Shown here in pieces: positions 28,376 through 37,571 of a DNA stretch of 64,000 nt; within the stretch, counting starts at the first letter, position 1; each line of letters begins with the position of its first letter. Below the pieces are notes generated by a model. That model saw nothing but the letters and a program-made list of their open reading frames with translations. It was not told the origin of the DNA and did no database searches. A program made the position numbers and the translations under genes. Origin of the DNA: an uncultured Candidatus Micrarchaeota archaeon (GTDB lineage Archaea > Micrarchaeota > Micrarchaeia > Burarchaeales > Fermentimicrarchaeaceae); the NCBI GenBank assembly GCA_963760615.1, contig CAVXDX010000007.1:32001-96000 (forward strand), in the 5' to 3' direction.

Positions 28376-31018
28376 TTGAGCGGAGAATTTGAGTTCCTAA
28401 CTAGTGCAATTCCAATCTTCCTCTCTATTTTCATACCAGGGTTTCTGGTAGCATTGGCTTTGCTTAGAAAAACCAAGCTGCCGCTTCCAGCCATAGCCGC
28501 ATTCGGCTTCATACTTGGCTTGGTATTCCCACCCTTGCTGCTGTTCATATATTCGTTATTTGGTGTGCTCTACACGCCTCAGCTTGTCGTAATAAACCTC
28601 TTCATTGTAACAGCTGCGGGGTTGCTGCTGTGCATAAGGGAGGGCACCCTGAATTTTGGGCTGTCCTTCGAGTACAAGAGGGATGGAGCCTGGGTGTTGC
28701 TGCTCCTGATAATGCTGTTTGCATTCTGGGTCAGGATACAGAGCCTCAGCCCGATATTCTACGAGTTCGACCCCTATTACTATGACCAGATGACGCAGTT
28801 CATCCTGACAAAAGGTGCGGTCCCTCTAACGGATAGCCTAGCCTGGTATCCCTACCCCGACTCGCACAGAAACCAGCCGCTGGTGCAATACCTCGAAGCT
28901 CAGTGGTATTCAATCCACGGCTACCTCGCAAACAGCCAGCAGTTCGACAATTATCTGCTCGCCACAATTGCAGGGGTATACCCTCCGGTTGTTGCTGCAT
29001 TGCTATGTTTCCTAATTTTCATACTGATTTCGGAGGCGTATGGCAAGAAATACGGGCTCATCAGCGCAGCTTTGATTGCCGTAATGCCAATGATAATAGA
29101 GAAGTTCGCCGCAGGTGAGAGCGAACAGCAGCCGTGGGGCGTTTTCGCTGCCTTTTTCTTCTATGCGGCATTCGCGCTGGCAATTTCAAGGAAGGATAAA
29201 CGATTCGCAATTCTTGCCGGAATAGCCACTTTGACCGCCACGCTGGGGTCAAAGCAGGATGTGCTGGTATACCTGGTTGCGGCTGGTTATATTGGACTGC
29301 AATCGCTGGTGAACTATCTGCAGAAAAAATCAAATCTGGAGTTGATTAAAACAAGCGCCATAGTGCTGGCATTTACGCTTTTCGCTTATGTGCTGTACTC
29401 GTTGTACCTTGGATGGGAGGTACCAAGCGATATACTGAGTTTCAGCTCTGCTCTCATTTTTGCTGGTGGACTGTATTTTATTGACCAGAGAGCTAAGAAC
29501 CAGGATGAGAGGATAAACTACCTTGCGGGATATCTGCTTCTGGGTGCAGCTGCTTTTTTCATAACGTTTATTCCATCCTTCCCAGTCCCTATGGGACCGA
29601 GAATTTGGGGGTACATTACAAATACCGCAGCTGTGGCGCGTCCCAGCAGCGCGCTCATGATGACAGTTGCTGAGGAAAACCCTACAGCGCAGCAGTTTGC
29701 AAGCGCAATCGGGTTCCTGGGCAACAGCTCCGAAGCACTTTATGCAATACTTTTATTATCATTTCTGGCAATCGCGTATTCAGCATACCGCAAGTCTGAG
29801 CTGGGCATTTTGTTTGGCATAATGATATTCCCGATATGCTATGTGGGGCTGAGCAAGAGCAAGTATATGCTTCACGTCTCATTCATGATTGCCATTGCAG
29901 CCACGGTATTTTTCGGTGAGCTGGATAGAGTTCTGAGAGGCCCGCTTAAGAAGGAGTTCGGGGATTCGGCAGCATGGAGCGTTTTTGCAATTGCGCTAAT
30001 TGTGCTGGTTTCTGAGTGCTTCGTAACTCCGGGCAACCCGATAAGCTTCGGCGGACCAGTTATGGATGTTGTCGGCGGGACGCTGGACCCCAAGTATCAG
30101 CTCAATGATGTGAATGCTTCTATAGAACTGGGGAGGGATTGCAACCTCCTTGGGCAGGATGGCAAGTTTTTAGCAGGTTACCTGTTCTGTTCTCGCATAC
30201 CGGAGTACTGGAGAACTCCAATGGACTGGATAAAGGATAATGTGGGTGAGGATGAGAGGGTTATTTCGTGGTGGGATTACGGGCACTGGATAAACTACTG
30301 GGGGCAGAAGGAGTGCATTACCAGGAATGATCACCTACACCCAGATATGGACTTGGAGGTCGCGGACAAATTCGTGTCAAACACCCCAGAAGCACTGAAG
30401 AATTACATGATAGCGCATCATGCGAAATATGTGCTGTTCGACCAGGATTTGATTGGCAAATGGGGCGCTTTGGACTTCCTCTCCTGTGTTTATAACAATG
30501 GGACAAACATGGATTTTGCATTCAAGGAGGGCAAGAGGCTAGGTGGCATGTACCAACTGGGCACATCGACATGCGAGAGGGAGCATGAGTTTGAGAGGAT
30601 TTACATTCCAGAAGATATATCAGTAAATGACATATGCCAGCCGTCAGACCCGTCAAACCCATATGTGAGAGCGTATACCCTCTCGAATTACTCCTACTGC
30701 GTGCTGTTCAATACGCAGGGTGGAACCAGGAGGATAGCTAACATCGTCTACGAGGATAATATGAGCAGAGTTAACAGAGGTTTTCCATCCTTCAGCGGAG
30801 TTCAGTCGTCTGGTGGCAAGCTTTATGATGTTTACACAATGCTGTACACGCATGATATATGGCCTGATGGAAAGAGCGGATGGGATGACAGAAAGGGCAA
30901 GATGTATGACTCAACCTTCTATCAGGGCTTCTTCCTTGGGAATCTGCCAGGGTTTGAGCAGGTCTACCCCGCAAATAATACGGGCGGCTTGGTCAGGATA
31001 TTCAAGATTATTGGGTAG
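28376..31018 (+). CDS. aglB: oligosaccharyltransferase AglB (STT3) with extra N-terminal TM segments
   Basis: EFDPYY, TVAEE (TIXE-like), SWWDYGHW, DK motif (ADKFV). Confidence 0.92.
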   Translation: MSGEFEFLTSAIPIFLSIFIPGFLVALALLRKTKLPLPAIAAFGFILGLVFPPLLLFIYSLFGVLYTPQLVVINLFIVTAAGLLLCIREGTLNFGLSFEYKRDGAWVLLLLIMLFAFWVRIQSLSPIFYEFDPYYYDQMTQFILTKGAVPLTDSLAWYPYPDSHRNQPLVQYLEAQWYSIHGYLANSQQFDNYLLATIAGVYPPVVAALLCFLIFILISEAYGKKYGLISAALIAVMPMIIEKFAAGESEQQPWGVFAAFFFYAAFALAISRKDKRFAILAGIATLTATLGSKQDVLVYLVAAGYIGLQSLVNYLQKKSNLELIKTSAIVLAFTLFAYVLYSLYLGWEVPSDILSFSSALIFAGGLYFIDQRAKNQDERINYLAGYLLLGAAAFFITFIPSFPVPMGPRIWGYITNTAAVARPSSALMMTVAEENPTAQQFASAIGFLGNSSEALYAILLLSFLAIAYSAYRKSELGILFGIMIFPICYVGLSKSKYMLHVSFMIAIAATVFFGELDRVLRGPLKKEFGDSAAWSVFAIALIVLVSECFVTPGNPISFGGPVMDVVGGTLDPKYQLNDVNASIELGRDCNLLGQDGKFLAGYLFCSRIPEYWRTPMDWIKDNVGEDERVISWWDYGHWINYWGQKECITRNDHLHPDMDLEVADKFVSNTPEALKNYMIAHHAKYVLFDQDLIGKWGALDFLSCVYNNGTNMDFAFKEGKRLGGMYQLGTSTCEREHEFERIYIPEDISVNDICQPSDPSNPYVRAYTLSNYSYCVLFNTQGGTRRIANIVYEDNMSRVNRGFPSFSGVQSSGGKLYDVYTMLYTHDIWPDGKSGWDDRKGKMYDSTFYQGFFLGNLPGFEQVYPANNTGGLVRIFKIIG

Positions 31019-31072
31019 AATTTACTACTTAACTCCTCCCTTGCAAGCGGCAATACGGACATGAAATAAAAT

Positions 31073-31771
31073 TCAGGTTTCATACCTTTCCGCAATTTTT
31101 CCATAAGTTATATTTGATTGTCCCGTAACCATATCAGTATAGTTTATATAAACATCTAAGCAAGCCAGAGTACCGATATGGGCATCGGATGGTATTGAAC
31201 CATCCTTGTTTGTACAGTAGACTCTATTATTGGTTCCTTCACCAGAAATCTGAGCGGATTTACCAGTTGGTATTTGTATAGACTCATTTAGAGGTTCTAT
31301 ATAGGTGGGGGCGGATAGGTTAAAAGTTCTTACATTGATGCATTTCATACCAGTTACTCTTATTGCGTTCTTAAGACCACTTCCCAAAGTTAAACGAAAT
31401 TCAGAAGTTTCTGCATGTAGCATAGAACTCACGCAGCTAAGTCCTGGACTAAAATAACAGATACGGGGTGGTGAACAACCTAAATACCCAATAGAAAAGA
31501 AACAGATTAAAAATAGAATCAGTAACGTCGCTAAGAAAACTTCATGAGTATAGAATTTAAATGCCAGTGAGATGGCAATCATAACAACTGAAAAAACTAT
31601 GATTATCCCCACATACTGGTTGAGCTTTTGGGCGGTGGATGGTACTCCACAAGTTCCACATTCTGGACCTGAAAACGCATCATAAAATAGGATTATGGTA
31701 AGAACTATGATGGCTGCAATTGGAAGATATTTCAGAGCCCAGTGTGGATTCGGTTTATTTTCCTTCTTTAT
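31073..31771 (-). CDS. 3-TM membrane protein with Cys-paired pilin-like domain (paralog of 14074-14790); probable ATA start
   Basis: Frame is open 53 codons upstream of the track start (IKKENKPNPHWALKYLPIAAIIVLTIILFYDAFSGPECGTCG...), adding TM1. C-terminal domain CYFSPGLSC...LTLGSG...KC...YCTNKDGSIP...YINYTD. Confidence 0.7.
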   Translation of the reverse strand: MKKENKPNPHWALKYLPIAAIIVLTIILFYDAFSGPECGTCGVPSTAQKLNQYVGIIIVFSVVMIAISLAFKFYTHEVFLATLLILFLICFFSIGYLGCSPPRICYFSPGLSCVSSMLHAETSEFRLTLGSGLKNAIRVTGMKCINVRTFNLSAPTYIEPLNESIQIPTGKSAQISGEGTNNRVYCTNKDGSIPSDAHIGTLACLDVYINYTDMVTGQSNITYGKIAERYET

Positions 31772-31898
31772 TCAACCACCTAATAATAGTTTCCGAGAAG
31801 GAGTATATTAAGCTTGCTTTGGCTTCAGAAGCAGTTCTGAGTTAAGTAGTAAAAATGACTATACCGTTCAAGATAAAGGATTGAGTTTTTAGAAAATT

Positions 31899-32828
31899 CT
31901 ATTCTGCGGTTTTAAGCCATTCAATGTAACGCTTTACCCCTTCCTTCAGGCTGACTTTTTTCTTCCAGCCCATCTTCTCAATCTTCTTTGTGCTGAGCAG
32001 GAATTTCACTACATCGCCTGTCCAGCCCCTCTTCCCACCAGTATATTTGAATTTAGGTTGTACGCCGAGCACGGAGCACATGCTCTTTGCCACTTCATTC
32101 ACAGTGGTCATCTCGGCGCTCCCAACATTGAAGTAGTCATAAACCTTCTTCTGCCTCTTTGAAGCCAGCACCAGCGCATCTATGCAGTCGGAGATGTAGA
32201 GGTAGGATTTGCTCTGTCTGCCGTTTCCAAGAATCTCAAGCTCTTGGGGATCTGCTTGTAGCTTCTTGAAGAAGTCATACATCACTCCATGGTTCGAGGG
32301 AGGCCCGAAAATGTTTGCAAGCCTCAGCACCACTCCTTTAATTCCATAGGTGAAAGCATAGGAGGATATGTAAACCTCGTCTGCAACTTTTGATGCAGCA
32401 TAGTTGCTTATAGGAATTTCCGGGTGGTCCTCCGGAGTGGGCAGCACCTTTGTCTCGCCATAGACTGTGGAGCTGGAGGTGAAGACAATCTTCTTGACGT
32501 CATTCTTCCTGGCTGCCTCAAGGACATTGAATGTCCCATCCACGTTTATTTTGAAGCTGCCCTCTGGGTTTGTTGCGCTGTCCTTGACGCTGGGGTCGGC
32601 CGCCAAGTGGTACACCTCCTCAACGCCTTTCATGGAGGAGCTGATGAACTCCTTGTCACGAACATCCCCTCTTATTAGATTAAAATTCCTTCGGTTGAGA
32701 TTTGAGGTTAGATTCTCGACTTTTCCGGATGAGAGGTTGTCAAAAACAGTCACATCGTAGCCTTTGGAAACGAAATAGTTTGCCAAGTTGCTTCCTATGA
32801 ACCCAGAACCGCCTGTTATGAGAATCAT
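31899..32828 (-). CDS. NAD-dependent epimerase/dehydratase (UDP-glucose 4-epimerase-like)
   Basis: ITGGSGFIG, HLAADP, FTSSSTVYG, YAASK; ATG at 32828. Confidence 0.9.
   Translation of the reverse strand: MILITGGSGFIGSNLANYFVSKGYDVTVFDNLSSGKVENLTSNLNRRNFNLIRGDVRDKEFISSSMKGVEEVYHLAADPSVKDSATNPEGSFKINVDGTFNVLEAARKNDVKKIVFTSSSTVYGETKVLPTPEDHPEIPISNYAASKVADEVYISSYAFTYGIKGVVLRLANIFGPPSNHGVMYDFFKKLQADPQELEILGNGRQSKSYLYISDCIDALVLASKRQKKVYDYFNVGSAEMTTVNEVAKSMCSVLGVQPKFKYTGGKRGWTGDVVKFLLSTKKIEKMGWKKKVSLKEGVKRYIEWLKTAE
32664..32703. repeat. 40-bp internal epimerase segment, copied at 33470-33508
   Basis: atcccctcttattagattaaaattccttcggttgagattt vs atcccatcttattagattaaattccttcggttgagattt (1 substitution, 1 indel). 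Confidence 0.9.
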
Positions 32829-32911
32829 AAGTCTATTTGGGCAGGTAGTATTTAATTTATTTTCCCTCAATAATAGATTCGATGAGAATCTCGATAATAG
32901 GGGCAGGATAC
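32828..32911. repeat. 84-bp direct repeat copy 1 (divergent promoter plus first 10 ugd codons)
   Basis: Identical to 33508-33591 except one synonymous G/A (32902 vs 33582). Confidence 0.95.
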
Positions 32912-32923
32912 AGTCGTAGATAA
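32882..32923 (+). pseudogene. truncated ugd 5' fragment (MRISIIGAGYSRR*)
   Basis: First 10 codons match the protein start of ugd at 33562. Confidence 0.85.
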
Positions 32924-32941
32924 GTGTGGTAAGGCGTTCCC

Positions 32942-33466
32942 ATGAAAATTCTTGACTTGGGATGTGGAAGAGACAAATACAGGGGCGGGAAAGGCGATAT
33001 GGTTATAGGAGTTGATGTGGACAAGCAGTCGGGTGCTGATGTAATCCACGACCTGAACAAATTCCCCTATCCATTCAAAAAAAATGAGTTTGACTTGGTA
33101 AGACTCAAGCACTCAATAGAACATCTTCAGGACGTGTATAAAGTGCTGGACGAGGTATGCAAAATCACAAGGAATGGCGGAACTGTCAGAATCTTATACC
33201 CACACTTCTCATGTGCGAGCGCCTACAACACATACACCCACATCCACTTTTTCGGGATCAATGCGCTTATCGGCATCCACCCGAATCTAAAACTGGTAAG
33301 CAAAGAACTCCACTGGTATCCGAACAGCTCCAATTTTATAATTAATACATCCGATAGGGTGCTCTCCTACCTTGCAAACCTCAATCCAACATTCTGCGAG
33401 AGGCTCTGGTGCCATTGGGTGGGAGGCTTCTTCGAAGTCGAATTAAACCTGCGTGTTGAGAAGTGA
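32942..33466 (+). CDS. short class I SAM-dependent methyltransferase
   Basis: ILDLGCG, GVD, HDLNKFPYPF, HSIEHL, PHF. Confidence 0.85.
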   Translation: MKILDLGCGRDKYRGGKGDMVIGVDVDKQSGADVIHDLNKFPYPFKKNEFDLVRLKHSIEHLQDVYKVLDEVCKITRNGGTVRILYPHFSCASAYNTYTHIHFFGINALIGIHPNLKLVSKELHWYPNSSNFIINTSDRVLSYLANLNPTFCERLWCHWVGGFFEVELNLRVEK

Positions 33467-33469
33467 TCA

Positions 33470-33591
33470 ATCCCATCTTATTAGATTAAATTCCTTCGGT
33501 TGAGATTTAAGTCTATTTGGGCAGGTAGTATTTAATTTATTTTCCCTCAATAATAGATTCGATGAGAATCTCGATAATAGGAGCAGGATAC
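33470..33591. repeat. composite duplicate: epimerase fragment (33470-33508) fused to promoter repeat copy 2 (33508-33591)
   Basis: Matches 32664-32703 then 32828-32911, with the 124 bp between them absent. Confidence 0.9.
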
Positions 33592-34896
33592 GTGGGGCTT
33601 GTTGCAGCAGTGTGTTTTGCCAAAGGCGGTTTCAAGGTGCAGTTATCCACAAACGACCCGAAAAAAATAAAGATGATAAATGAGGGAAAAGCCCCTTTCT
33701 TTGAGCCGCAGCTGGATGGGTTGCTCAGAAAGGCGGTGGAGTCTGGCGCGCTGAGAGCCATAGGCACAAGGGCTGAAGCAATCCTGAGTTCTGATGTGAC
33801 GTTCATATGCGTCGGCACGCCCAGCGCTGCCGATGGGTCTATTGATTTGAGTTTTATCTATGCTGCTGCTGAGGAGATTGGGAGGAGCCTTAGGAAGAAG
33901 AAGGGTTACCACATAGTTGTTGTGAGGAGCACAGTCGTTCCAGGCACCAGCAACAGGGTAAAGGACATCATTGAAAAACTCTCCGGGAAAAAAGCTGGCA
34001 AGGGCTTTGGGATGTGCATGTGTCCTGAGTTCCTGAGGCAGGGGCAGGCAGTCTACGACACGTTCAACCCAGACAGGGTGGTGATTGGCGAGCATGACAA
34101 ACGGGCAGGAAACATCTTGGAGAAGCTTTTCAAGAATTTTTACGGAGGTAAGAAGGTCCCAATTGTGAGGATGAATATGGTTTCTGCAGAAATGGTGAAG
34201 TACGTAAGCAACTCCATCCTCGCAACAAAAGTCTCATTCATAAACGAAATTGCCAATATATGCGAGAAGCTGAACGATATTGACGTCTATAAGGTCGCAA
34301 AGGGAGTTGGGTTGGACAGGAGGGTTGGACCGCTTTTCCTTGAGGCAGGGCCTGGCTTTGGGGGCAGCTGCTTTCCCAAAGATGTCAATGCAATACTGAG
34401 CTTCTCAAGGGAGCTAGGGTATGAGCCGAGGATACTCGCCACTGTCATAGCAGTTAATGAGGAACAAGCTCTCCACGTTGTGGAGTTGGCAAGGAGGAGC
34501 CTTGGTGGGTTGAGGGGGAAGAGAATTGCGGTTCTGGGCCTCTCCTTCAAGCCGAATACAGATGATATGAGGGAGGCACCTTCTGTGAGAATCATAAGAA
34601 AATTGTTGGAGGAGGGAGCAACCGTAGCTGCCTACGACCCGGTTGCAGTTGAGAATGCAAGGAAGATACTTAAGGATAAGATAGAGTACGCAAGCTCCAG
34701 TCTGGAGTGCCTGAAGGGGGCGGATTGCTGCATAGTTGTTACCGAGTGGGATGAGTTTAGGAGGATTAAACCTGAAATGCTGAAAAGGATGAAAGGCAGA
34801 AGCATTGTTGATGCTAGGAGAATCTTTGATGCTGAAAAGCTGAGTGATGCTGGGTTCAGCTACTACGGAATTGGGTTGGGGAGTGAACAGGGGTGA
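33562..34896 (+). CDS. ugd: UDP-glucose/GDP-mannose dehydrogenase family 6-dehydrogenase
   Basis: IGAGYVG, ICVGTP, RSTVVPG, PEFLRQG, KYVSN, GFGGSCFPKD, LSFKPNTDDMREAP. Confidence 0.93.
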   Translation: MRISIIGAGYVGLVAAVCFAKGGFKVQLSTNDPKKIKMINEGKAPFFEPQLDGLLRKAVESGALRAIGTRAEAILSSDVTFICVGTPSAADGSIDLSFIYAAAEEIGRSLRKKKGYHIVVVRSTVVPGTSNRVKDIIEKLSGKKAGKGFGMCMCPEFLRQGQAVYDTFNPDRVVIGEHDKRAGNILEKLFKNFYGGKKVPIVRMNMVSAEMVKYVSNSILATKVSFINEIANICEKLNDIDVYKVAKGVGLDRRVGPLFLEAGPGFGGSCFPKDVNAILSFSRELGYEPRILATVIAVNEEQALHVVELARRSLGGLRGKRIAVLGLSFKPNTDDMREAPSVRIIRKLLEEGATVAAYDPVAVENARKILKDKIEYASSSLECLKGADCCIVVTEWDEFRRIKPEMLKRMKGRSIVDARRIFDAEKLSDAGFSYYGIGLGSEQG

Positions 34897-34900
34897 TGAA

Positions 34901-35620
34901 TTGAAAGCTATGATACTTGCTGCTGGAAAGGGAATGCGGCTTAGACCTCTGACATATGGGATACCGAAACCGCTTCTCCCTGTTGGCGGAAAGCCTGTTA
35001 TCGACTTCGTGATAGATAACCTGCTGACCTGCAAGGAGATTGACACGATATACGTTGGAGTTTCACACATGCAGAACATGATAAGCAGCTACCTGGCTCA
35101 TACTCCAAGAGATGATGTTGTGATGGAGACCGTCAGTACTCTCTGCTGGGAGACCGCAGGAGATATTAAAGTCATGGCTGTCGAGAAAGGTGTGAATGAG
35201 ACGATTGTTGTTGCCTATGGAGACAATGTGACAAAAATGAGTGTGGATAAGCTTGTGAAATTCCACAGGAAAATGGGGAGGAGCGCCACTCTTGCACTTT
35301 TCAGAGTGCCGTGGAATGAGGTTTATAGGTTCGGAGTTGCAAAGGTTGAGAAAGGTTTGGTAACTAATTTTGTTGAGAAGCCTGAGAAGGGCAGGGCAAT
35401 TTCAAATATAGCAAACGTTGGGTATTATGTCCTCGAACCAGAGGTGCTAGATCGCATTCCATACGGCAAGATTAAAATGGAGAGCATGCTGTTTCCAAAG
35501 CTGGCAGAAGAAGGGGAGTTGGCAGGACTTGTTTATAACCTTAGGTACTGGTTGGATATAGGAACAATTGAGGCGTACAGGAAGGCAAACAAAATGATGG
35601 AAGGGATACTGCCGCCGTGA
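34901..35620 (+). CDS. sugar-phosphate nucleotidyltransferase
   Basis: LAAGKGMRLRPLT...PKPLLPV, EKP, WLDIGT; TTG start after SD GGTGA. Confidence 0.9.
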   Translation: MKAMILAAGKGMRLRPLTYGIPKPLLPVGGKPVIDFVIDNLLTCKEIDTIYVGVSHMQNMISSYLAHTPRDDVVMETVSTLCWETAGDIKVMAVEKGVNETIVVAYGDNVTKMSVDKLVKFHRKMGRSATLALFRVPWNEVYRFGVAKVEKGLVTNFVEKPEKGRAISNIANVGYYVLEPEVLDRIPYGKIKMESMLFPKLAEEGELAGLVYNLRYWLDIGTIEAYRKANKMMEGILPP

Positions 35621-35650
35621 TTTTAATAGAATAGAAAAGGAGTTGATGAG

Positions 35651-36631
35651 ATGGTTGAGGGATATTTCCGTGGGAAGAATATTTTAGTAACTGGAGGTAC
35701 TGGAAGCTTTGGGCATCAAATTGTTTCCAGACTGATGCACATGAACCCAAGAAAGATTGTGGTTTTCAGCAGGGATGAGAAGAAGCAGTATGACATGCAG
35801 AATGAGTTTGATGATGAACTGATGGATTTTGTCATAGGGGATGTGAGAGATTACTGCGCGATTTATGGAGCGATGAAGAAAATGAATGTTGTATATCACG
35901 CCGCGGCACTCAAACAGGTTCCAAACTGTGAGTTCCACCCCCTTGAGGCTGTTAAGACGAATGTTCTGGGAGCTGAAAACGTAAGGAGGGCGGCAATAGA
36001 GAATGGAGTGGATGTAGTTGTATCAATAAGTACTGACAAAGCGGTGAAGCCAATAAATGTTATGGGGATGACTAAAGCGATACAAGAGAGAATAATGCTC
36101 AGCCCTAGAGAAAGAGGGAACAATACTAAGTTTGTATGCGTTAGATACGGAAACGTCATTGGAAGCAGGGGTAGCGTAATCCCATTCTTCAAGGAGAGAT
36201 TAGAGAAGGGGAAATTTCTTCCCGTAACCGATTACGAGATGACAAGGTTTCTGCTAACTCTTGATCAGGCTATAGACCTTGTCTTCCAAGCCACTAGAGA
36301 AGGAGAAAGCGGGCAGATTTTTGTCAGGAAGATGCCTGCATGCAAGATAATAGACTTGGCCAGAACCATGGCAAAGAATATCACTGGCAGGAAGGATTAC
36401 CCAATAAGGGAGGTGGGGATACGGCCTGGCGAGAAAATCCATGAAGTTCTGGTTTCGGAGGAGGAGATGCACAGGGTCGTTGAAACTGAGACGCATTACG
36501 TGATCTATCCTCACGGAAGATTGAAGAGACCAAAGCTGTTGAGGAACCTTAGGGAGTACACCTCAAATAATACTGAGATGCTAGATGAGAAGGGAATCGT
36601 TTCCCTGCTCAAGGCAGAAGGATGGGTATAA
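35651..36631 (+). CDS. UDP-GlcNAc 4,6-dehydratase/epimerase, FnlA/WbjB/CapE-like
   Basis: GGTGSFG, HAAALKQVP, STDKAVKPINVMGMTK (Met in place of the PseB catalytic Tyr), RYGNVIGSRGSV, GIRPGEK. Confidence 0.85.
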   Translation: MVEGYFRGKNILVTGGTGSFGHQIVSRLMHMNPRKIVVFSRDEKKQYDMQNEFDDELMDFVIGDVRDYCAIYGAMKKMNVVYHAAALKQVPNCEFHPLEAVKTNVLGAENVRRAAIENGVDVVVSISTDKAVKPINVMGMTKAIQERIMLSPRERGNNTKFVCVRYGNVIGSRGSVIPFFKERLEKGKFLPVTDYEMTRFLLTLDQAIDLVFQATREGESGQIFVRKMPACKIIDLARTMAKNITGRKDYPIREVGIRPGEKIHEVLVSEEEMHRVVETETHYVIYPHGRLKRPKLLRNLREYTSNNTEMLDEKGIVSLLKAEGWV

Positions 36632-37570
36632 ATGAAAATTTTTATAACTGGGGGGGAGGGACTTCTGGGTAGCGCTTTATCATTTGAGCTGGTGGGAGAA
36701 CATAGGGTAATATGCGGCTGCCATTCTGGATGCATTGAAATAAAGAACGACAACTTTTCTCGTGAGGCTTTCGACATCACAAAGGCGGATTCACTGAAAG
36801 TACTGGATAGAATATCACCTGATGTGATAATTCATGCAGCAGCCTTGACGGATTTGGAGCTGTGCGAGAGGAACCCAGTGGCGGCGCATGAGGTTAATGT
36901 GGCCGGCACCGGCAACGTTGTGAAAGCAGCCAAGAAATGCGGGGCCAAACTGGTGTACATATGCACTGATTATATATTCGATGGTAGGAAAGGGAACTAC
37001 TCTGAAATTGACAGGCCTCATCCTCTGTCGGTGTATGCAAGAACCAAACTGGGGGGGGAGAGAGTCATCGGAAGGAATTATGATAACTTTCTGAGCATTA
37101 GGACCGATCTGCACGGCTGGAACCCCAACCCAGCCAAAACAAGCCTGTCATCCTTGGTGGTGAGCTCCTTGAGGCGTGGTAAGGAAGTGAATATAATCAA
37201 GAATCAGGTCAGCTCAATGATGTTCACGAATGACATTGCCGGAGTGATAATGAGGATGCTGGAGCAGGACCTGAAAGGCATTTATAATATTACTAGCTCG
37301 GACTCTATGTCAAGATATGATTTTGCTTTGATAGTTGCAGAAGTGTTCAAACTTAATAAAGAACTTATACTCCCAATATCATTAAATAAGTTGGCAAGAA
37401 AGATTTCACTCAAGGCTAAACGCCCTGAGAACGTTTCATTGGATGTCTCAAAGATAGAAGAGACGCTTGGGGAGAAAATGCCCAGCATCCGGGATGGCAT
37501 TTTTTCAATGAAAAAGAAGGAGGAAGAATTTAAGAGTGGGGTGGTATGGGTTAAGGGAGGGAGGTTTTGA
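36632..37570 (+). CDS. RmlD-like NDP-4-keto-6-deoxyhexose reductase
   Basis: TGGEGLLG, HAAALTD..CE, CTDYIFDG, YARTK. Confidence 0.85.
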   Translation: MKIFITGGEGLLGSALSFELVGEHRVICGCHSGCIEIKNDNFSREAFDITKADSLKVLDRISPDVIIHAAALTDLELCERNPVAAHEVNVAGTGNVVKAAKKCGAKLVYICTDYIFDGRKGNYSEIDRPHPLSVYARTKLGGERVIGRNYDNFLSIRTDLHGWNPNPAKTSLSSLVVSSLRRGKEVNIIKNQVSSMMFTNDIAGVIMRMLEQDLKGIYNITSSDSMSRYDFALIVAEVFKLNKELILPISLNKLARKISLKAKRPENVSLDVSKIEETLGEKMPSIRDGIFSMKKKEEEFKSGVVWVKGGRF

Positions 37571-37571
37571 T

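Noticed and set aside
31810-31850. TCAGAA-GCAG-TTCTGA hairpin between galE and the pilin-like gene
   Set aside because: A 6-bp stem can occur by chance; no supporting context
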